Assembly (NCBI GenBank): GCA_016926555.1
Contig: JAFGOI010000004.1
Span: 776 to 64,775, forward strand
Direction: 5' to 3'
Origin: Patescibacteria group bacterium
GTDB lineage: Bacteria > Patescibacteriota > WWE3 > UBA101185 > UBA10185
Length of the DNA: 64,000 bases
Part shown: one piece after another, positions 19,939 through 29,611 of the stretch
How positions within the stretch are numbered: the first letter of the stretch is position 1
Layout: each line of letters begins with the position of its first letter
Translations under genes and position numbers: made by a program
The notes under the pieces: generated by a model
Databases searched by the model: none
What the model saw: the letters and a program-made list of their open reading frames with translations, nothing else
Told to the model about the DNA's origin: nothing

Positions 19939-20127
19939 TTACTCTGCGTTTTCGAGCATTGCGGTTGCCGCGTTCAGTTTCACTTGTAAGTCATCAACCC
20001 GTGACTGTAAGTGGCGCGTTTTACTGGCTGCTGCGAAGAGGAGTGTTCCGAGCATAAGTATAAGTACGATAAGGACTGCAAAAAAAGTTTCACTTATAGT
20101 TACTTTCCTTTTTCTTCTCCAAAACAT
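19939..20127 (-). CDS. Hypothetical small single-TM protein (62 aa)
   Basis: An ORF with a TM segment (FFAVLIVLILMLGTLLFAAA) and a coiled-coil-like C-terminus. Confidence 0.3.
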   Translation of the reverse strand: MFWRRKRKVTISETFFAVLIVLILMLGTLLFAAASKTRHLQSRVDDLQVKLNAATAMLENAE

Positions 20128-20170
20128 ATATGCGTAAATTCTATAGCAAATAAACCACTATGAGAAGATA

Positions 20171-21412
20171 TTATTTGGGGTTCTTGAATTCGAGAGTGTC
20201 AAACATTAAATTTACTGTTTTTTCAAATTCTTCCCCGGAAATATTTTTAATTGCGAAAATCAATATACCGTTATATTGACCGTCTTTTAGAGCAGGCATT
20301 TCGATATAGATATATATGTTTCCCTCCCAGGAGTAGCCATTTAAAATATAAGCATTGCTGTCGTCTATTGTTATCTTTTCCTCTTCCGTTTCTGGTTTGT
20401 ATCCTCTAACCACCACAAAATCGTCTATAAGTGTATTTTTTTGAGTTTCAATATATTTTTCAAACGTTGTCTCTTGGGGATTTATCGATTCCTGATAAAT
20501 ACTTACACCGTCAAATTTTAGTTTATCTACATATGTGTTTTTGTCGTATAAATTAACAACGTGTTTCAGGTTTTTGGATTTAGGTACTGTTATTTGGCAA
20601 CATTCCTGACTTAGCTTTGGGTGTACAAATTGGAAATACTTTTCAGGTGAAACATATGTTGTATATGGGCTTATTGGTCCGCTGTCACTGTCAGGATAAA
20701 ACCTTATTGAATGAAGCATTTGTTCGGTTGCCATTTTGTATTGCTGTCTGAAACCCAGATCCCCTTTGTATACTTGTGCGAACTCGTAATATGTATCAAA
20801 TTTATAGACGTAGTTTATTTTGTAGTCTTCGTCGCAGTTCGTAACCTCAAAAGTTTTTGCTGGCGTATCATGAATTACTGTGTCTGTAATTTTAGAATAG
20901 ATCGTACTATCGGGGCATCTCTTTTGATAACTTCCAAGTTTGATTTTGGCCACTTCTTCAAGGTTTCTTATGTTTGTTGAAAATGCGGAGACTCTAAAAA
21001 CGTAGCCCTCCAAACCCTGCTCACCCACATCATATATTATATCAACCCTTTTTGTAATATTTTCCTCGTCTATTTCCTCGATTTCTGCTGTTTTTGGATA
21101 CTCAAATGAGACCTTAAGGTCGTCGTTTTTATAGACACGCCACTCCATCTCTTTTTTGGGTTCTTCTTTACCTCCATTTTCCTCTTCCGATGGTGTTATG
21201 TCGACTATGATTGGCGGCTCCCGTTGTCGTGTAAGTTCTTTTACTACATAAAATGCTATTACTAATGCAATCCCTAAGCCTACAAGTAGTAGAAATAACT
21301 TCACAATTTTGAAGAATCTCTTTTTCTGCTGCTGAACTTCTTGTTCCTTCTCAATTAGCTCTTTGTCATCTAAGTTTGTAACTTCGGCTTTGTACAACTC
21401 TGATACGTGCAT
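20171..21412 (-). CDS. Hypothetical membrane-anchored extracytoplasmic protein (413 aa)
   Basis: A single N-proximal TM helix followed by a large soluble domain. No family recognised. Confidence 0.45.
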   Translation of the reverse strand: MHVSELYKAEVTNLDDKELIEKEQEVQQQKKRFFKIVKLFLLLVGLGIALVIAFYVVKELTRQREPPIIVDITPSEEENGGKEEPKKEMEWRVYKNDDLKVSFEYPKTAEIEEIDEENITKRVDIIYDVGEQGLEGYVFRVSAFSTNIRNLEEVAKIKLGSYQKRCPDSTIYSKITDTVIHDTPAKTFEVTNCDEDYKINYVYKFDTYYEFAQVYKGDLGFRQQYKMATEQMLHSIRFYPDSDSGPISPYTTYVSPEKYFQFVHPKLSQECCQITVPKSKNLKHVVNLYDKNTYVDKLKFDGVSIYQESINPQETTFEKYIETQKNTLIDDFVVVRGYKPETEEEKITIDDSNAYILNGYSWEGNIYIYIEMPALKDGQYNGILIFAIKNISGEEFEKTVNLMFDTLEFKNPK

Positions 21413-21450
21413 ATCTAAATGTTATAGAAAACTTTAGGTGGAAGCAAATG

Positions 21451-23574
21451 CTAGGATAATTCCGGCATTTTTTCTAGTGAAGACATTACGAACATGACAT
21501 GTTCGCCGAAATCTACGCCGAGTTTATCTATCCCGTAAGATATTTCGTTTCTATCAACCTTTGCGGCGAAAGCCTTATCTTTGAACTTCTTTTTTATGGA
21601 TTTCGCGTTCATGCCTGAAAAACCTTCAGGTCTCATTAAGTAATAGGCGTATAATAGCCCGGCCAGTTCGTCTATTGCGATCAAAGCGGCCGCCAATTTA
21701 GTTTTTGGTTCTATTCTAGGTTCTTTTATTGAATGGGCTCCAACGGCGTTTATAAGATTTTTATCGTAACCCAATTTCTTAAACCATTTTATGCTCTCAT
21801 CGGGATGTTCATCAGGGTACTCGAAGTAGTCCAGATCATGAAGCAGGCCGGTTACATACCACAGATCCGCATTTTCGTTCAACTTTTCCGCATAATCGGC
21901 CATTACTTTTGCCACCATCTTTGCGTGTAATAATTGGTATTCATCTTTGACATGTTTCTCTAGTAAATCCAAGGCCTCTTCCCGTGACGGGATGATAGTA
22001 CCTTCCTCACTGTTGCTGCTCGAGGTGCTATCTGGCTTGGGTTTAGTTTCGGTTATTTCCGTTTCATTGTTGCCCAGACCGTATATTTTCTTTGTAGTTT
22101 CATCGTATTTATATTTCATTTGCGGGAATAAAGTGCCTTCTCTACTTGTTACATCTTCAAGAAACCAAAAGACTCTTTCGCTAACGCCCATACCTGTTAC
22201 TGGCGGCATTCCGTATTCAAGCATTTCTACAAAGTCTATGTCCAGCATCTGTGCTTCCTTGTCCCCCGCGTCCCGTGCTCGTTGCTGCTCTAAAAATCGT
22301 TCTAATTGATCCTGTGGATCGTTGAGTTCTGTGTACCCGTTTCCGAGTTCACTGCCAGCGATTATTGGCTGGAATCTTTCAGTTAGTGCTTCGTTATCAG
22401 TTTTTGACTTAGCAAGAGGAGATATGAATTTTGGTATATTTATAAGATATACAGGCCCTGCTATTTCCTTTCTTATAAGTTTCCATAAGTTATCTACTAT
22501 GCGTGTTTTACCTGCTCCCTTTGGAAGGCTGATGTCGTTTTTTTCTAAGATGGAAAGCATTTTGCTTTCTGGATCTTTGAAGATGTCAACGTCAAATTTA
22601 TCGGCTATCGCAGTTGCGTAGTCTAGCTCTTCCCATTTATCAGCTAGATCGAACTCCATTCCCCTTCTTGAAAATTTCGTTGTGCCGTATACTTCCTTTG
22701 CTAGGAATCTATACAACTCCGTTACCAGTTTCATGTTGTCTCGGTAGTTTGCATAAGCCCAGTACCATTCAAGTTGATAAAACTCCTGGAGGTGTTCGTC
22801 GTCGATTCCCTCATTTCTGAAATTAGGACCTAATGTGTATACTTTCTCAAACCCTCCGCCCACTAATCTTTTTAGATAAAGTTCTGTGGAGATTCTTAAG
22901 TAAAAATTCTGATCTAAAGCGTTGTGATAAGTCACAAATGGCGCAGCGTCTGCTCCGCCTGTAACAAGTTCCAGCACAGGGGTTTCTACTTCCATGAAGC
23001 CGTTACTCCCCATGAATTCTCTGCATTTTTTCCAAAAGATCGCTTTTCTTCCAAATAGCTCTTTTATTTCAGGATTTATTATCAAGTCAAGATAGCGCCT
23101 TCTAAATCTTGTTTCCTTGTCCTTTAAACCTTCATGTTGGTCTGGAAGCGGCCTTAGGGATTTAGTTAGAATTTTGACTTCTACCACTTCTAAAGATATC
23201 TCACCGCTTTTGGTTTTTGTTACAGTACCTTTTGCTTGGATAAAGTCTCCAGCATCAAGGAGTTGAAGGTCAGAAAAACCAATTGTCTGACTGTTTTTAT
23301 CTGTGTCCTGGTTTATATTCTCCTTTTTGAGATATAGCTGAATTTTTCCACTGGCATCACGTATATCGAGGAACAAAATAGGCCCATGTTCTCTTAGAGA
23401 TATTATTCTTCCGCAGATGTGTAGTTCTTCGTTCTCATATTTAGCAAAATCTTGAGAAATATCACTGTTGTTTACATCCTTGATGCTCTCAGATGGAAAT
23501 GGATTGATTCCCAGCTCTACTAGTTTATTAAGTTTTTCTATTCTAATATCTCTAAGATCTTTTAGAGTTGACAT
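21451..23574 (-). CDS. lysS: Lysine--tRNA ligase (class II) fused to a C-terminal HD-domain phosphohydrolase (YqeK-like)
   Basis: The N-terminal ~500 aa have the class II LysRS motifs (FRNEGID, GGADA, GMGVSERVFWFL). After a TKPKPDSTSSSNSEE linker comes a ~200-aa domain with H...HD (LLHAKMVA...GLLHDLDY). Confidence 0.85.
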   Translation of the reverse strand: MSTLKDLRDIRIEKLNKLVELGINPFPSESIKDVNNSDISQDFAKYENEELHICGRIISLREHGPILFLDIRDASGKIQLYLKKENINQDTDKNSQTIGFSDLQLLDAGDFIQAKGTVTKTKSGEISLEVVEVKILTKSLRPLPDQHEGLKDKETRFRRRYLDLIINPEIKELFGRKAIFWKKCREFMGSNGFMEVETPVLELVTGGADAAPFVTYHNALDQNFYLRISTELYLKRLVGGGFEKVYTLGPNFRNEGIDDEHLQEFYQLEWYWAYANYRDNMKLVTELYRFLAKEVYGTTKFSRRGMEFDLADKWEELDYATAIADKFDVDIFKDPESKMLSILEKNDISLPKGAGKTRIVDNLWKLIRKEIAGPVYLINIPKFISPLAKSKTDNEALTERFQPIIAGSELGNGYTELNDPQDQLERFLEQQRARDAGDKEAQMLDIDFVEMLEYGMPPVTGMGVSERVFWFLEDVTSREGTLFPQMKYKYDETTKKIYGLGNNETEITETKPKPDSTSSSNSEEGTIIPSREEALDLLEKHVKDEYQLLHAKMVAKVMADYAEKLNENADLWYVTGLLHDLDYFEYPDEHPDESIKWFKKLGYDKNLINAVGAHSIKEPRIEPKTKLAAALIAIDELAGLLYAYYLMRPEGFSGMNAKSIKKKFKDKAFAAKVDRNEISYGIDKLGVDFGEHVMFVMSSLEKMPELS

Positions 23575-23640
23575 AACAACTACATTACAATGGGCACCCT
23601 GATTTTACAATACTTTGGTACAGAGTCTTTTAGTTGAGAT

Positions 23641-24117
23641 TTAGTACTTGATGGTAAGAATAGTGTAGGTCAGTATTCCAACAGGAGCTTCCACTTCTAT
23701 TTTATCGCCCACTTTTTTACCATATAACGCCTCTCCAAGGGGTGACTGATGTGATATTTTCCTGTTCATTGGGTCGGCCTCCAGAGGACCTACTATATGG
23801 AATTCCTCTTCGTCGCCATCAATATGTACGGTTACCCTGCAACCCACATCGACGCTGTCTTTCGTTGCTCCTTCTGATACTTTTGAATGTTTGATTATAT
23901 CTTCCAATTCGGCAATTCTCCCTTCGATGAGAGCCTGTTCTTGACGCGCAGAGTCATATAGAGAGTTTTCAGAAATATCTCCCATATCCCTAGCTTCTTT
24001 TATTTTTTGGGCTGATTCAGGTCTTTTAGCTTCCTTAAGTTCCTTTAATTCAGCTTTTAATTTCTCCAAACCCGCTCTAGTTATGTATACATAGTCTGGT
24101 TGATTCATATAATACAT
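23641..24117 (-). CDS. greA: Transcription elongation factor GreA
   Basis: A 158-aa protein with an N-terminal coiled coil and a C-terminal FKBP-like domain (VTVHIDGDEEEFHIVGP). Confidence 0.85.
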   Translation of the reverse strand: MYYMNQPDYVYITRAGLEKLKAELKELKEAKRPESAQKIKEARDMGDISENSLYDSARQEQALIEGRIAELEDIIKHSKVSEGATKDSVDVGCRVTVHIDGDEEEFHIVGPLEADPMNRKISHQSPLGEALYGKKVGDKIEVEAPVGILTYTILTIKY

Positions 24118-24367
24118 TGCCTTTCTGTATGCGACTAATTGTTACACCATAACCGAAAAATCCGTTTATTTTTCGGGTAAGTATCTATCTTTCCACAAAG
24201 AAAAATTCCTCCCCAATTGGGGTATCTATAAAAAGACGTCATAATATTTATCATAAGGAGTGACTTGTGTCAACTTGTACAAATTGCTACAAACAGCATT
24301 GTTGTAACAAATTATGCAGTTTTTTAGGGGCACAACAATGTAAATCTTTGGTATAATATTTCTCGCC

Positions 24368-26290
24368 ATGAGAAGAGATGTATTACAGAGCATAACAAAG
24401 GTATATTTTCCGAGTGTTCCTCGGAATAATCTCAAGAAGGCTTTACTGGAGATAATTCAGGACTTGATTAACGATTTAGAAGCTGATTGGGATTACAATG
24501 CGATTAGGTACGAGACAGTAATGACAAAAAAAGAGTGGAATGATTATTCTCAACATCCTGAGCGAAAAAAATACAAATCCAAGCGGTTGGCAAATATGAG
24601 TTTGTCCGACAGATATAAATACGTTTTTGAGTTTCTTTCGTACATATTTCCATACTATAACTCTCTTAGAAAATCTGAATATAAAAACAAGCTTAAGCTT
24701 GGTATATCGGCGTTGATTACTTGTACGTTGAATGGTCGTTATGAAATAGAGAATATTAGAATGGCTGATACCTATGTTGGAAGATCAGCTGAGGATCGTG
24801 ATGCAGGTATCGTAAATCCTACGGCACCCACAAAATACAGAATAGAGTATGCATTGAGTGAATATTGTAAGTTGTCCGGTAAAAATATTAAGAGGTTGTC
24901 GGATAGAATATCCAAGGTTTCACAAGATAGGCCAGATATATTGGTTGAGTATTACGTCACTTGCGATATCGATCCTGAGTTTCGGGAGGACATAAGACAG
25001 ATAATGAAAGTTTTGGGGAGAGACTTAACCTTATCTTTTTATAATATTAAGCTTGGTTGGGAAATATGGAAGGATATGCGGAAAATTGGGATGGACGTTG
25101 AAAAGTTTCTGGAGTTTAATGAATTTCCTTCCTATTCAAAGGTTAAGGAAAAACTGTTAAATTTTCTTGTAAGAGGAGATTACGTAGAGGAGCTTGAAAA
25201 GCACATGAAAGATGATCTACCTGAGTGTTACAAGGACTATCAGAAATCAGGCTACGTCTTTATTAAAGATATATTTGCAGAGGAGGCGAAAAGAAAAAAG
25301 TATCCTAAGAAGCTAAGATCGATTGAAGAAGTTAAGGCGATGATTAAGGAGGCTGAAAAGGAGGTTTTGTCGTATTTTCCTCTGACAAAGAGAAAATCCC
25401 CAAGAAATACAATTTTTAATCCTCTTCATCCCGCGTCAACAATGAGGGCTTTTCAGTCAAGTACAAGAAATTCGAAAGGGAAAAGAGTTAACAGCATTGT
25501 TATGACGCCAAGAACAGAATTGCTTGACGAATACCTGCCTATTTTGGCGCATGAGACTGCACATGCCGTGCATAAAATGGTATTAGAGCTCGGTGAGGAA
25601 GCAGGTATACTTGAAAAGGGGGCGTCAGAATTGGTCCCAACAGCTGTTCTGGAGGACTTTTCTCAATTAGTTGAAGGTCAGTTTCATTCCGACAAAAAAC
25701 TTCCATATAAGAAGAAGTTCCACGGAAAAGAGTTCCCCAACTTTCACTCGGGTTTAACCCAAAGGAGTCAGGTGCCGTATGCGCTTGTGCAACTTGGGAT
25801 AAGAAAATACTTTGATAAGATTTGGGATGAGGGATATCGCACCTTTTTGACAGATCAGATGGTTTGGGAGATAAAAGAGATGTTTGATCCCTTGATTAAA
25901 GAGTGTGCCGAAATGGGGCTTCATATACGTCGTGATGTATATGATTCGCTTGGATATTTTTCTGCGGAAAATCCAGGAGATGGGTTAGTTTATATGAAGA
26001 AGTATGTGGTGGATTCCCCGAAAAGTGTTGCCAAGACAATGGACGAGGAAGAACAGTCTGTAGGAAATGCAGATACTGTTTCAGATATATCTATGTCCTC
26101 GGCGTTTGAAAAGAAATATGGTAAAAACTGGATTTCTAACAAAGAAGCTCGTATTACCCTACTGTGGCTATTATTGGAGTCAGGGAGAAATTCGGCTACC
26201 GAGACCTTCCATAAATATATTTTGACCGGTAATATTGGTAATTTCTTGGGGGAGTTAAAAGCAATCCGCGTTGAAGAGTTCCAGATATAG
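24368..26290 (+). CDS. Hypothetical 640-aa cytoplasmic protein with an HExxH motif (LAHETAHAVH), possible zincin-like metallopeptidase
   Basis: No signal peptide. An HExxH motif with downstream Glu residues. No family recognised with confidence. Confidence 0.45.
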   Translation: MRRDVLQSITKVYFPSVPRNNLKKALLEIIQDLINDLEADWDYNAIRYETVMTKKEWNDYSQHPERKKYKSKRLANMSLSDRYKYVFEFLSYIFPYYNSLRKSEYKNKLKLGISALITCTLNGRYEIENIRMADTYVGRSAEDRDAGIVNPTAPTKYRIEYALSEYCKLSGKNIKRLSDRISKVSQDRPDILVEYYVTCDIDPEFREDIRQIMKVLGRDLTLSFYNIKLGWEIWKDMRKIGMDVEKFLEFNEFPSYSKVKEKLLNFLVRGDYVEELEKHMKDDLPECYKDYQKSGYVFIKDIFAEEAKRKKYPKKLRSIEEVKAMIKEAEKEVLSYFPLTKRKSPRNTIFNPLHPASTMRAFQSSTRNSKGKRVNSIVMTPRTELLDEYLPILAHETAHAVHKMVLELGEEAGILEKGASELVPTAVLEDFSQLVEGQFHSDKKLPYKKKFHGKEFPNFHSGLTQRSQVPYALVQLGIRKYFDKIWDEGYRTFLTDQMVWEIKEMFDPLIKECAEMGLHIRRDVYDSLGYFSAENPGDGLVYMKKYVVDSPKSVAKTMDEEEQSVGNADTVSDISMSSAFEKKYGKNWISNKEARITLLWLLLESGRNSATETFHKYILTGNIGNFLGELKAIRVEEFQI

Positions 26291-26337
26291 AAAAAAAATT
26301 ATAGACAAATTATTTACTCGATCTATATAATAAAGCT

Positions 26338-27558
26338 ATGGAAATGCCAAATGATACTACCCATTTAGACTCTAATTTAGGTGAAAGTACTGATAATACT
26401 TCTCATGACTTGGATTCTCCCAAGTTTCAAGGGTTCTATTCCGAAAAAAAGAAAAATTGGTTAATGATAGCACTTGGTATTTTTATTGCTATTTTGATGG
26501 CAGGTTCTTTCGTATATGTGATGGCAAAAAAGAAAAGTTTGGAAGTGCTGTCGCCATTTTCTGACGCTGTACCGGATAATAAGAAGATATCGGAAAAAAA
26601 GGTTGTAAATCCGATAACAGGAATTGAATTCTCAGAAAGTGATGCACCGTGGACAAAGTACCGACCCTTGGGAGTTATGGTTAATAATTATATAGATGCC
26701 CGTCCTCAATCGGGTTTGGCTGATGCGGATTTAGTGTATGAGATTGTGGCTGAAGGCGGTATAACGAGATTTCTTGCTTTCTATCTTACGAATACTCCCG
26801 AAAAGTTGGGTCCGATCAGAAGTACTAGGGAATACTACCTTGTGTTAGTCAAAGAACTCGGCGATGCAATGCTTATGCATCACGGATATTCCCCTCAAGC
26901 TTTGGAAGCGATTCAGTCTTGGCCAATACGAAGTCTTCAGCGTGGAGATGCGCCTTATTGGAGAGATACTTCTCGTGACGTCGCTGTGGAGCATACGCTA
27001 TATGCGAACGGGGTTGACTTGAGAAAAAGAGGGGACGAGTTGGGCTGGGAAGGAACTAGAGACTTCGTTTCATACAAATTTAAGGATGATAAGCCTATTT
27101 TAGAGTTGTTGGAGACAGACGATCCGAAAGCCGTGGGACAAGATCCGTTTATAGAAATCCACTTTTGGTATGAAGGAGATTACTCAGGTATTTTTGAATA
27201 TAAACCTGACAGTAATTCTTATTTGAGATATACAGGTTATGATGCTAATGGAGATCCGATTGCACATAAAGATGCAGAGACCGATATTCAGGTAGAAGTT
27301 AAAAACCTAATTGTTCAATTTGTAACTGAAAAGGCGATTGTTGGTGATGATTCTAATCGTTTAGAGTATGAACTTATTGGGAGCGGTGAGGGTAACGTGT
27401 TTATGGATGGGAAAGTAGTGGGTATAACCTGGACGAAAGCGGACCGGGATTCACGGACAATGTTTTATGATCAAGATGGGAATGAAATAGAATTTAATCG
27501 GGGAAAATTTTGGATAGCTATAGCCCCCGACCGAAATGTTGATCAAGTCACATACTGA
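26338..27558 (+). CDS. DUF3048 (YerB-like) membrane-anchored protein
   Basis: An N-terminal TM helix. The stretch KYRPLGVMVNNYIDARPQSGLADADLVYEIVAEGGITRFLAFY matches the DUF3048 core. Confidence 0.6.
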   Translation: MEMPNDTTHLDSNLGESTDNTSHDLDSPKFQGFYSEKKKNWLMIALGIFIAILMAGSFVYVMAKKKSLEVLSPFSDAVPDNKKISEKKVVNPITGIEFSESDAPWTKYRPLGVMVNNYIDARPQSGLADADLVYEIVAEGGITRFLAFYLTNTPEKLGPIRSTREYYLVLVKELGDAMLMHHGYSPQALEAIQSWPIRSLQRGDAPYWRDTSRDVAVEHTLYANGVDLRKRGDELGWEGTRDFVSYKFKDDKPILELLETDDPKAVGQDPFIEIHFWYEGDYSGIFEYKPDSNSYLRYTGYDANGDPIAHKDAETDIQVEVKNLIVQFVTEKAIVGDDSNRLEYELIGSGEGNVFMDGKVVGITWTKADRDSRTMFYDQDGNEIEFNRGKFWIAIAPDRNVDQVTY

Positions 27559-27620
27559 CAGTATAAAGTTAATACTAATTTACTGCCCCAAACCGAGTAT
27601 AGATAGGAGTACTCACTAGT

Positions 27621-28208
27621 ATGAATATGTTGAAGAACTTCTTTATATCTGAGGTTAGGGTGAAGATTCTTAAATTGTTGTTGCTTAACCCGGATGAAAA
27701 TTATCATGTAAGAGCAGTTGTAAGAGCTGTAGATGCTGAAATTAATGCTGTCAGGAGAGAGTTGGAAAATCTAATTAGTATAGGTTTTCTAACAAGAAGG
27801 CAAAGCTCCAATAGGCTCTACTACGCTGTAAATACAGAGCACCCGTTATATCCTGAGATGCTGTCTCTTGTTGCGAAAGAGGAAGGTATAGGAAAGGCGA
27901 TAATAGAGAACGCAGATTCCATTGGGCACGTAGAATTCGCTATGGTGTCAAAGGGATTTGTAAAGGGAAGAGAAGCAACTCTTCTTGATGTTGATTTGTT
28001 TGTTGTAGGTAATATCTCGCTTGATGCCCTCACGAGAATTGTTAAAGAGCAGGAACTTAAATATGGTACAGAAATCAACTTTTCTACCATGACATTTGAC
28101 GAATTTCAATATAGAAAAAGAACACTTGATAGTTTTATTATGAAGATTTTAGCCCAGAGCAGAATTATGCTTGTCGGAGACGAAGAACGATTCTGTTCCC
28201 TTAGTTGA
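27621..28208 (+). CDS. Putative winged-helix DNA-binding protein with a C-terminal nucleotidyltransferase-like segment
   Basis: An N-terminal wHTH-like region (VRVKILKLLLLNPDENYHVRAVVRAVD...ISIGFL). The C-terminus has G..x..DVDLFVV. Weak. Confidence 0.35.
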   Translation: MNMLKNFFISEVRVKILKLLLLNPDENYHVRAVVRAVDAEINAVRRELENLISIGFLTRRQSSNRLYYAVNTEHPLYPEMLSLVAKEEGIGKAIIENADSIGHVEFAMVSKGFVKGREATLLDVDLFVVGNISLDALTRIVKEQELKYGTEINFSTMTFDEFQYRKRTLDSFIMKILAQSRIMLVGDEERFCSLS

Positions 28209-29611
28209 ACAGTGTATACTTGAGCAGTTGTTTTATGATAAAGATCCAATTGAGGTTAAGTATAATATCGGTGGTGGTAACATTAGCAGCTCTTGTTATT
28301 ATTCCCAGGATTCCAGTAAGTGTTGATACGCGATTTCTTAAACTGGATTCATCTATTGGGGGGTATCAGCTCAACCTATTCGGTGGTCGAGTTAGCCGTG
28401 ACTTAAGTGTTTTTAGCAAAGGGTTCGATTTCAAAGGGTCCACGAAGATATTACTCAGTGTTGATGCGGATGACGGTGATCAACAGAAGGGCAGCTCAAA
28501 GATAGATGAGTGTATAGATGTGATGACACATAGGCTTAATTTGTTGGGCGTAAGTGAGTATATTTTGTCAAAAGAAACTATAGGAGATCGTGATTTTATT
28601 TCTCTTGTGGTTCCTACGACCGATTCTCCGGAAAATGTTGTTAGCACTTTGACTGATTCTGCAAAGGTTATTTTCAGGCAGTTGAACCCGGAGCTGGAAT
28701 GGTCCAAAGAGAAGTTTACTGATTATTTTTATAATATCGATGTTTGGGAAGACTCTGATGTTAACCAGAGAGATTTGTACGGTATAGATCTAATTGATCC
28801 CCATACAAAAACGTATGAAGAAGGCAATCCACCAAGGTTAAGAATCAGGTTTACGGATGAAGGCAGAAATAAATTTATACAGCTTGCAAAAGAGAATGTT
28901 AATAGACCGCTAGCGTTATTTGTTGGGAATATTCCTTTTCCTATTTCTATGCCGGAGGTTAGTCAGGAATTTGCGAATGGATTAACGGGTGACCCTGTCA
29001 TAAGCGGTAATATAAATATTCCTACGGCAAAAGTGCTTAGTATGCAGTTGGAATCAGGGGAATTGCCTCTTGCAACTTCAATATATAAAACTGAGGACAT
29101 CGAGCCTAAAATGCCTCCGTTGCTAATAAAGTCAAACTTATTTGTAGGTTTGTTCGCTTTTGGTGCCTTGACGTTTTATTTCTTGGTCAAATATGGAAGA
29201 CCTGGACTGGTGGGTTTAATTTGCTTTACGTCATTTATAATTACTTACCTGGCGTTATTTAAACTGGTTCCTATTAGGCTTTCGATAGCTTCGATAAGCG
29301 GAATGTCGCTCGCTTCTATTTACTGTATATATTTGTTATTTATGGTCTTGGGGAGTTTGAGCCAGGAGCTGATGCAAGATAAGCCGAGGAATCTGGCCGA
29401 GAGAAATGCGTTTAAACGAGTCTGGAGTTCGGTTATTAGCAGCGGCACTTTCATATTATTGTTTTCAGCTCTGATGTATTCGCCAGGTGACTTACCGTCA
29501 CGAGAAATGATTCTGGCATTGGTTGTTGGATCTGTTACAAGTATATTTATAGTGTTCTATATGTTTAGGGTGCTTTTAGACACCTTAGGTTGGTATAGGA
29601 GTACGAAATGA
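28205..29611 (+). CDS. secD: Protein-export membrane protein SecD-like
   Basis: An N-terminal TM helix, a GFDFKGSTKILLSVDADD segment (compare GLDLRGGARVLLEAD) and a C-terminal TM bundle collinear with the SecD TM4-6 region. Confidence 0.55.
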   Translation: MNSVYLSSCFMIKIQLRLSIISVVVTLAALVIIPRIPVSVDTRFLKLDSSIGGYQLNLFGGRVSRDLSVFSKGFDFKGSTKILLSVDADDGDQQKGSSKIDECIDVMTHRLNLLGVSEYILSKETIGDRDFISLVVPTTDSPENVVSTLTDSAKVIFRQLNPELEWSKEKFTDYFYNIDVWEDSDVNQRDLYGIDLIDPHTKTYEEGNPPRLRIRFTDEGRNKFIQLAKENVNRPLALFVGNIPFPISMPEVSQEFANGLTGDPVISGNINIPTAKVLSMQLESGELPLATSIYKTEDIEPKMPPLLIKSNLFVGLFAFGALTFYFLVKYGRPGLVGLICFTSFIITYLALFKLVPIRLSIASISGMSLASIYCIYLLFMVLGSLSQELMQDKPRNLAERNAFKRVWSSVISSGTFILLFSALMYSPGDLPSREMILALVVGSVTSIFIVFYMFRVLLDTLGWYRSTK

